A stretch of DNA of 64,000 nt from Minisyncoccota bacterium (GTDB lineage: Bacteria; Patescibacteriota; Minisyncoccia; Phycocordibacterales; UBA9973), in assembly GCA_036169735.1 (NCBI GenBank), contig JAVHNX010000033.1:27827-91826 (forward strand). The letters run 5' to 3'. The first letter of the stretch is position 1. Every line of letters starts with the position of its first letter. Shown here piece by piece: positions 58,687 through 64,000 of this stretch. A program made the translations under genes and the position numbers. Under the pieces are notes generated by a model. It searched no databases. It saw only the letters and a list, made by a program, of their open reading frames with translations, and was not told where the DNA came from.

Positions 58687-58890
58687 CTATAAACATTTAC
58701 AATTACTTTCTGCTTCTCTACATTTTTTGCATCTAACTTGTACCATTGATTTTTCATCACACGCTTGAAAATGTAAAGGATTATATTGTGCTGTGGTGTA
58801 TCCACATTTTGGACATTTAAATCCATCACCTTCACCATGGCAAGTGCTGCAATTTTTTGGAGACAAATGTTTTGTTATATTATAAGCCAT
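58687..58890 (-). CDS. Small Cys-rich (zinc-finger-like) protein
   Basis: CSTC, CPKC, H...C, CKKC, CKC in 67 aa. Confidence 0.7.
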   Translation of the reverse strand: MAYNITKHLSPKNCSTCHGEGDGFKCPKCGYTTAQYNPLHFQACDEKSMVQVRCKKCREAESNCKCL

Positions 58891-58911
58891 ATATCTAAAA
58901 GATTATTTCTA

Positions 58912-59475
58912 TTAAATTTTTCCAACTAAATCAACGTTTGGTGTTAATACCTCCTTTCCTGGCTCCCAGTTTGCCGGACATACGTTTTCACTATGTTCCC
59001 TCACAAATTTAGCTGCTTGTAGTTTTCTTAGCATTTCCTTTGCACTTCTGCCGATATTATTGGCATGTATTTCAATTGTTTTAAGAACTCCATCTGGATC
59101 AATAATAAATGTCCCTCGTAATGACAATCCTTCTGCCTCGATATAAGTTCCGAACATTCTAGATACATTACCAGTCGGATCAGCTAACATAGGGTATTGA
59201 ATCTTACTAATAGCTGGTGAACTATCGTGCCACGCTTTATGAGCAAAAGTAGTATCAGTACTAATACTCATTATCTCTCCTCCTAAATTTTTAACTTCTT
59301 CATAATACTTAGATGCATCTTCTAGCTCTGTTGGACAAACAAAAGTAAAATCAGCTGGGTAAAAAATCAAGACTACCCATTTACCCTTGTATTCAGAAAG
59401 TTTTATTTTCTTTATTTCGTTGTTTTGATACGCATCTATCTCAAAATCTGGAACAATTGAATTTATATTTATCAT
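58912..59475 (-). CDS. ahpC: 2-Cys peroxiredoxin AhpC
   Basis: FYPADFTFVCPTE, GRSA.E.LR, VCPANW. Confidence 0.95.
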   Translation of the reverse strand: MININSIVPDFEIDAYQNNEIKKIKLSEYKGKWVVLIFYPADFTFVCPTELEDASKYYEEVKNLGGEIMSISTDTTFAHKAWHDSSPAISKIQYPMLADPTGNVSRMFGTYIEAEGLSLRGTFIIDPDGVLKTIEIHANNIGRSAKEMLRKLQAAKFVREHSENVCPANWEPGKEVLTPNVDLVGKI

Positions 59476-59491
59476 AATATTATTATACCAA

Positions 59492-59857
59492 CTAAAAACC
59501 TGAAGCACGAGTTACACTATCTAGGTTGATTTGTTTAGAATCGTCTTTGTCTTTTATTAATTCTTTTAAGAGAATATAAATGTCTTGTAGCTCTGCATTA
59601 ACTATTTGTGCTTCCAAAAATATTCCATCCTCATAGGCTGTCCTTTCTTTTGAAATAATATTCTCCATTTTTAGAACTATTTTCTCATCAAAGAGTGGTT
59701 TGTAACCATTTAATATGTCCTCAATATTGTATTTAGTAATGTAAAGTTCATCTGATTTTAATAACTCCAAGTTTCCTAATGTGAGCATTTTTCTTACCTT
59801 CACAAAATGTGACATCAAATTTTCTACCAATTCTTGGTTTGTCATATAAGTACTCAT
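59492..59857 (-). CDS. Hypothetical protein
   Basis: 121-aa ORF. Confidence 0.6.
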   Translation of the reverse strand: MSTYMTNQELVENLMSHFVKVRKMLTLGNLELLKSDELYITKYNIEDILNGYKPLFDEKIVLKMENIISKERTAYEDGIFLEAQIVNAELQDIYILLKELIKDKDDSKQINLDSVTRASGF

Positions 59858-60004
59858 CTTAACATTTTAATTATAAAAATAGTAAATTTATATATTTGAC
59901 ATACCTAGAACGATAAGCTATTGTGTACATGAATCGTTTAACCTTGTTCCGTTAAATAAATTCCGAAAATTAACTAATTATTTAACCTTTATAATTAAAA
60001 AACT

Positions 60005-60279
60005 ATGGGAAATCTTATTTACCACTCGCTGCCGTTTATTTTGGCTATCATTATCACTTTGTACACTGTGTATCTATTTTTACAAGAGGTATAATTGTAA
60101 ACGTAGTTGGGCTATTAATGTTAGCTTTCAATTTAACAATTTGGGGAGCCTGGTATTTACCAAATGTCCCAAATAGTCCATTAACAATATGTACAGTTCT
60201 TATATTTACTGCATCAACAATTATCATTTTTGTTGTCGCTAAATATTTTATTGATGGCACGAAAAAAATTAAACACTAG
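60005..60279 (+). pseudogene. Frameshifted ~91-aa membrane protein
   Basis: MGNLIYHSLPFILAIIITLYTVYLF joins TRGIIVNVVGLLMLAF...KKIKH* if T5 at 60077-60081 is T6; promoter TTGACA-17-TATTGT and terminator 60292-60320 bracket it. Confidence 0.6.
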
Positions 60280-60354
60280 AATTTAATCACTAAAAAACAC
60301 TTCAATCGAAGTGTTTTTTTAATTTTAAATTAAAATCATACAACAATAAAAAAA

Positions 60355-60981
60355 TCAATTAAACGTTATAGTGTGACGAATTTGATCAAACTGATCTAAA
60401 AGTGCTTTTTCGTTAAATTGTTTTATTGTACCTGCTGGATAGTTTTCGAGAACTCCATAATGAATAAAATAACGCACTGCTATACATGAGTTTGTTCCGG
60501 GAATTGCGTATATTTTTTCCTCGTACCTGTTTCCTGCTGCCGCGCCTGTTGATGAAGCATATGAGTAAGTCGTACTTCCATCCATCAAACTACTAGCTTT
60601 AACTTGATCTAGAAAAAGATCCGCTGTGCAGTTTTTACTCTGTTTGATATTTTCTATACTTATATATGAATCATTACCTAGATTTGTTCTATCCGTCATT
60701 GATTTTGGAATAGTTAATTTTACACCCTCGATATCTTTGCCAGGTCCTAGCATTTGATATTTATAAGCATTATCAATAATAAAATTTTCTGGGTATGTTA
60801 CAGACATTTTCAGAGCAGTATCTGTATAAGTTTTATATTGCGTAGTTTCTATTTTGATTGGTAGATAATATATATTTATTTTTCGTTCCCCTATTACAAA
60901 ACCAACAAAAAAAGTTGAAACGAATAAAACAACAGCAAGCAGTTTAGAATACCAAGTTACTTTGTAAAATTCTATTTTCAT
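60355..60981 (-). CDS. Membrane-anchored exported hypothetical protein
   Basis: VTWYSK + TM helix, S.TYP, GAAAGNRYE, FDQI..TITF. Confidence 0.75.
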   Translation of the reverse strand: MKIEFYKVTWYSKLLAVVLFVSTFFVGFVIGERKINIYYLPIKIETTQYKTYTDTALKMSVTYPENFIIDNAYKYQMLGPGKDIEGVKLTIPKSMTDRTNLGNDSYISIENIKQSKNCTADLFLDQVKASSLMDGSTTYSYASSTGAAAGNRYEEKIYAIPGTNSCIAVRYFIHYGVLENYPAGTIKQFNEKALLDQFDQIRHTITFN

Positions 60982-61439
60982 ATTAATTGCTTTATCACAG
61001 TTTCAAGTTCTTCGGGAACATCCGTTCCTATTCGGTAGACCTTCCCATTTTTCATCACTAGTTCAACGGCGTCAAAACCTGAAACACTATATATCCACAT
61101 TTTAGGCCACAGCCACAATTTTATTCCCCATCCATAATACCAATGATTCTTTGCTGTTTGAGCTGAAGCTATCTGATTAAGTGCAAACTTCCTGGTAAAA
61201 ATTCCGTAACCAAATTTAACCCTAAGATGATTCTCATCAGTCGAAACTGTTAGTGTGGCAAACGATGCAAGAATAAACACAATCAACACCATTACAGCAG
61301 TAACAAGAAAATTTGTGCCGGAGTCGACTGAAGGAGGTTCGGCTCGGGCCGTAATTTGAGCCCAGACGAAGAGCACTAGTACAGCCAGTGTAACAACTAG
61401 CATAAGATATCCAATTTGAGTGTGTTTGTATGAAACCAT
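60978..61439 (-). CDS. Hypothetical membrane protein (2 TM + PH-like domain)
   Basis: YKHTQIG, YGWGIK, YRIGTD.PEEL. Confidence 0.75.
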   Translation of the reverse strand: MVSYKHTQIGYLMLVVTLAVLVLFVWAQITARAEPPSVDSGTNFLVTAVMVLIVFILASFATLTVSTDENHLRVKFGYGIFTRKFALNQIASAQTAKNHWYYGWGIKLWLWPKMWIYSVSGFDAVELVMKNGKVYRIGTDVPEELETVIKQLI

Positions 61440-61471
61440 AAATATATTATATCAAATAAAGTTAAAAGTGC

Positions 61472-61507
61472 TTGCTGATCTTGTTGGACAATATTAGAAG
61501 CATTTTT
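61472..61507 (+). repeat. 36-bp degenerate direct repeat R1
   Basis: TTGCTGATCTTGTTGGACAATATTAGAAGCATTTTT; the most diverged copy. Confidence 0.65.
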
Positions 61508-61619
61508 AATGCAGAATGAGGTTTAAATATCTTATTTATATTTCTTCAACTTCAATAAGTTCTTGAGTAATAATTTTTGCAGAATATTCAGAATCAGAAT
61601 GTTAAAATCTTTTTCATGA

Positions 61620-62024
61620 TTATTTATTTAGGTAAGTTATTGTCAATTGCAATACTGTTGCAAATGACACCCACAATAAATAAGGGATATTTATATAAAC
61701 AACCCATCTAAGCTCTGGTAATGCATTCCAGACAACAAAAAGAGCCCATACAAGAGTTGTAAGAACTAGAACAATATCGACAGCTGCGAGATAATTATTT
61801 TTCAATCCAAATTGGATGGGAGTAAAAGCCAAATTAAAAATAAGATTTAAAATAAAAGGTACTATTATTATCCAAGAAAGTTTTGCATTAAAAACCTTAT
61901 AAAAAACTGCCCCAAAAGAAACGAAAATAATAGCGTATAAAAGAGTCCATACTGGGCCAAAAATCCAGCTAGGTGGTGCCCATGTAGGTTTGATTAATTG
62001 TAGATACCAATTATATGTATTCAT
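61620..62024 (-). CDS. tspO: TspO/MBR-family protein
   Basis: WY..L.KP.WAPP.WIFGPVWT.LY, PYLLWVSFAT.L. Confidence 0.9.
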   Translation of the reverse strand: MNTYNWYLQLIKPTWAPPSWIFGPVWTLLYAIIFVSFGAVFYKVFNAKLSWIIIVPFILNLIFNLAFTPIQFGLKNNYLAAVDIVLVLTTLVWALFVVWNALPELRWVVYINIPYLLWVSFATVLQLTITYLNK

Positions 62025-62066
62025 AATCAAATTATATCATAGGTTCACATCTAATATTTATATTTA

Positions 62067-62102
62067 TTGCTAGCCTTATGGGACGCTGTCGGATCTATTT
62101 TA
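62067..62102 (+). repeat. 36-bp degenerate direct repeat R2
   Basis: TTGCTAGCCTTATGGGACGCTGTCGGATCTATTTTA. Confidence 0.8.
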
Positions 62103-62154
62103 ATAAATAAACAATAAAAAAGGGCTTCACGTTATATGAAGCCCTTAATAAACA

Positions 62155-62658
62155 TTAATAAATTCTACGATGCTGTCGTATTGGTTTAGTCAATTCAATA
62201 CCATCATCATAATGTCTGGAATTAAGATTTTTAATCTTTTCATAAAGCTTTTCGGAATTATATAAAACATCAACTGATGATTCCTGATCTTTAAAAAGAT
62301 GTCCGAATAAACCAACATAATCAGAATTTGTTTTCCCATAAAGTTTTACATAGGACTTAGTTTCAAGCGAGGAAAAAGAAATTAATCCACCCAAATACAC
62401 ATAAGAATATATAGGTAAATCTACAAAAACGATTGCTCCCGGATTATTATATTCAATCAAAACTTGATTGTTCTTTGTTTTAGTAATGCCATTTTCCGGC
62501 ACATCAATAAGTTTGTAACAATTATAATTTGGGACGAACGAAAAGTATATTGTTTCATCAAAAATTAATAGTTTGTCACCCGCGAGAATATCCTTTACCT
62601 GTTTCTTGATTATAAAACTATTTGAATCAGTTAATAAGAAAGAATTTATTTTTTTCAT
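62155..62658 (-). CDS. Hypothetical protein
   Basis: 167-aa ORF; promoter TTGACA abutting R3; terminator near 62119-62146. Confidence 0.7.
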   Translation of the reverse strand: MKKINSFLLTDSNSFIIKKQVKDILAGDKLLIFDETIYFSFVPNYNCYKLIDVPENGITKTKNNQVLIEYNNPGAIVFVDLPIYSYVYLGGLISFSSLETKSYVKLYGKTNSDYVGLFGHLFKDQESSVDVLYNSEKLYEKIKNLNSRHYDDGIELTKPIRQHRRIY

Positions 62659-62802
62659 ATTTTAAAGATTTAAATTGTTTAATTGATTGATTTACTTTAT
62701 TCTCCATTTAGAAGCACAAGGTAAATCAATCATTAGCAATAAAACCAAATATCAAAGAACTATTATTATTCGCATAATAATGTTTATGTATTGAATTGTC
62801 AA

Positions 62803-62838
62803 TTGCTGGCTTTATGGGACGAAATTGAAACCTTTTTG
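62803..62838 (+). repeat. 36-bp degenerate direct repeat R3
   Basis: TTGCTGGCTTTATGGGACGAAATTGAAACCTTTTTG. Confidence 0.8.
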
Positions 62839-62975
62839 ATACAAAATAGGGTTTAAATTATCTATTACATACTAATGAAATTAATAACCTTAAGAGGTTG
62901 ACTTATTAATCAGTTTGTTGTAGTATTTATATTAAATAGATTGCCAGTTAAATAAATTTAACCCTTAAAAATAAA

Positions 62976-63482
62976 ATGAAAAGAAATAACCTATCAACAG
63001 ATGGTTTTGGCATTGACCAAGTTAGAAAAAATGCCCAACAATACCTAAAATCCTTACAGGATAGATTTTCTTATCGTGTAACTTCAACAGAACTAAGTAA
63101 TTTTAGTCTTACCTTTCCTCCACTTTTTAGTGATAAGGCTTGGGGATCTGAATTTGCAATAAATGGACAAGAAAAAAACAATGATAATTCTACAGTCAAT
63201 GGTCAGAGGGTAGAAATATGTATTGATGAGAAAAATAGAGTTGTGGTTATCTTTTCTTTTAATATAAATAATAGAAAAAATTGTCACTATGTCGGATTAT
63301 GTCGTTCTAATGAATTTGAGGAGAAGTTTACTAAAAAAATAGATTCTTTTCTTCAAAGCGGTTCTTTTACATTTGATAATTATGTAAAAGAATTTGATGG
63401 GAATAGTTGGGATGGTTCTGAAAGTATATTTTTTGGTCAATTTTTTGAAACCGAAGAATATAAAAAATACGCCAAAAAATAA
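62976..63482 (+). CDS. Hypothetical protein
   Basis: 168-aa ORF; TTGACT-17-TAGTAT promoter near 62898; terminator near 63508-63542. Confidence 0.7.
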   Translation: MKRNNLSTDGFGIDQVRKNAQQYLKSLQDRFSYRVTSTELSNFSLTFPPLFSDKAWGSEFAINGQEKNNDNSTVNGQRVEICIDEKNRVVVIFSFNINNRKNCHYVGLCRSNEFEEKFTKKIDSFLQSGSFTFDNYVKEFDGNSWDGSESIFFGQFFETEEYKKYAKK

Positions 63483-63558
63483 AACAAAGTAATTTTAAAT
63501 AAAAAACAAAAAAACGTCTTTCAAAAATGGAAGGCGTTTTTTATTTGTTTATACTATA

Positions 63559-63594
63559 TTACTGACCTTATGGGACAATATCGAATCTTATTTT
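63559..63594 (+). repeat. 36-bp degenerate direct repeat R4
   Basis: TTACTGACCTTATGGGACAATATCGAATCTTATTTT. Confidence 0.8.
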
Positions 63595-63756
63595 GTAATT
63601 TTAAATTCTATTTTTTTTACAGAAAATACTTTTTTATGATATATCGAAAAAATTATTATTATATTTATTATAATCAGATAAACACTAAAGGAATAAATAG
63701 AAAATATCCAGTTTGTTAAAATAAAAAGCTCTTCTTTATGAAGAGCTTTAATAATT

Positions 63757-64000
63757 CTACAAAGAATTATTTGATATTTTATTAATACCTTTTTTGGCAA
63801 CTTTTGCTTCACCTGAACTTCCTCCTAATGCTATTACCCAAGCAATTACGCATAATATGGGATTAGTATCCCAGTAATAATTTGTGGCTAAAATTGCAAC
63901 TAAAATATGTGGAGCAAAAATAAAACCAAGCCATCCGAACAATCCAAATGACATGATTGTCGCAAAAAATAATGTTAGACGAGGAAAAATTGCAATACAA
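63757..64000 (-). CDS. Small membrane protein, probably 5'-truncated by the window end
   Basis: Frame open to the edge: ...IAIFPRLTLFFATIMSFGLFGWLGFIFAPHILVAILATNYYWDTNP... Confidence 0.7.
   Translation of the reverse strand, partial: CIAIFPRLTLFFATIMSFGLFGWLGFIFAPHILVAILATNYYWDTNPILCVIAWVIALGGSSGEAKVAKKGINKISNNSL

Noticed and set aside
60054-60260. 68-aa minus-strand ORF
   Set aside because: Antisense shadow of the frameshifted plus-strand gene, which has the promoter.
2289-63287. Many short antisense or nested ORFs in the track (e.g. 2289-2537, 24116-24496, 33395-33856, 43444-43818, 55222-55572)
   Set aside because: They overlap well-supported genes and show no motifs or expression signals.
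61472-63594. CRISPR array reading of the 36-bp repeats
   Set aside because: Intervals are 560-720 bp and contain genes, copies are too divergent, and no cas genes are present.
61472-63594. Classical integron attC or Xer dif sites
   Set aside because: No RYYYAAC...GTTRRRY inverted boxes, no 11-6-11 dif symmetry, and no integrase in the window.
63588-63812. 74-aa minus-strand ORF
   Set aside because: Low-complexity AT-rich translation overlapping a better gene and R4; probably spurious.

Overview
AT-rich bacterial chromosomal segment. Gene content, tight packing, short intergenic leaders and short palindromic in-frame insertions suggest a Patescibacteria/CPR (Parcubacteria-like) genome using the standard code 11; the taxonomy is inferred, not searched. 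About 1-53 kb is mostly housekeeping: rmuC, obgE, gatB, fba, cysS, corA, rplU, recR, dnaB, trpS, prs, aspS, an M1 aminopeptidase, scpA/B, a DD-carboxypeptidase-mraY-ftsW-murG block, gltX, rpmA, rplI, ctpA, PBP2, an MFS efflux operon, a GT2/TMTC-like glycosylation cluster and a PLD-family synthase. About 53-64 kb is an accessory zone of short orphan genes, many with their own promoter and terminator. No rRNA, tRNA or CRISPR array was recognised. Most notable: (1) four ungapped, degenerate 36-bp direct repeats at 61.5-63.6 kb, each followed by one gene and each reading as an orphan LLxL(W/L)Dx(I/V)x(S/T)x(F/L)...stop peptide tail, a candidate recombinase-built gene-cassette array running off the window end; (2) two 94-nt elements inserted in frame in an FAD oxidoreductase, with a shared 58-nt core but different, individually self-complementary arms; (3) a RAYT/Y1 HUH transposase bracketed by its own palindromes, with a candidate sRNA beside it and several REP-like palindromes elsewhere.
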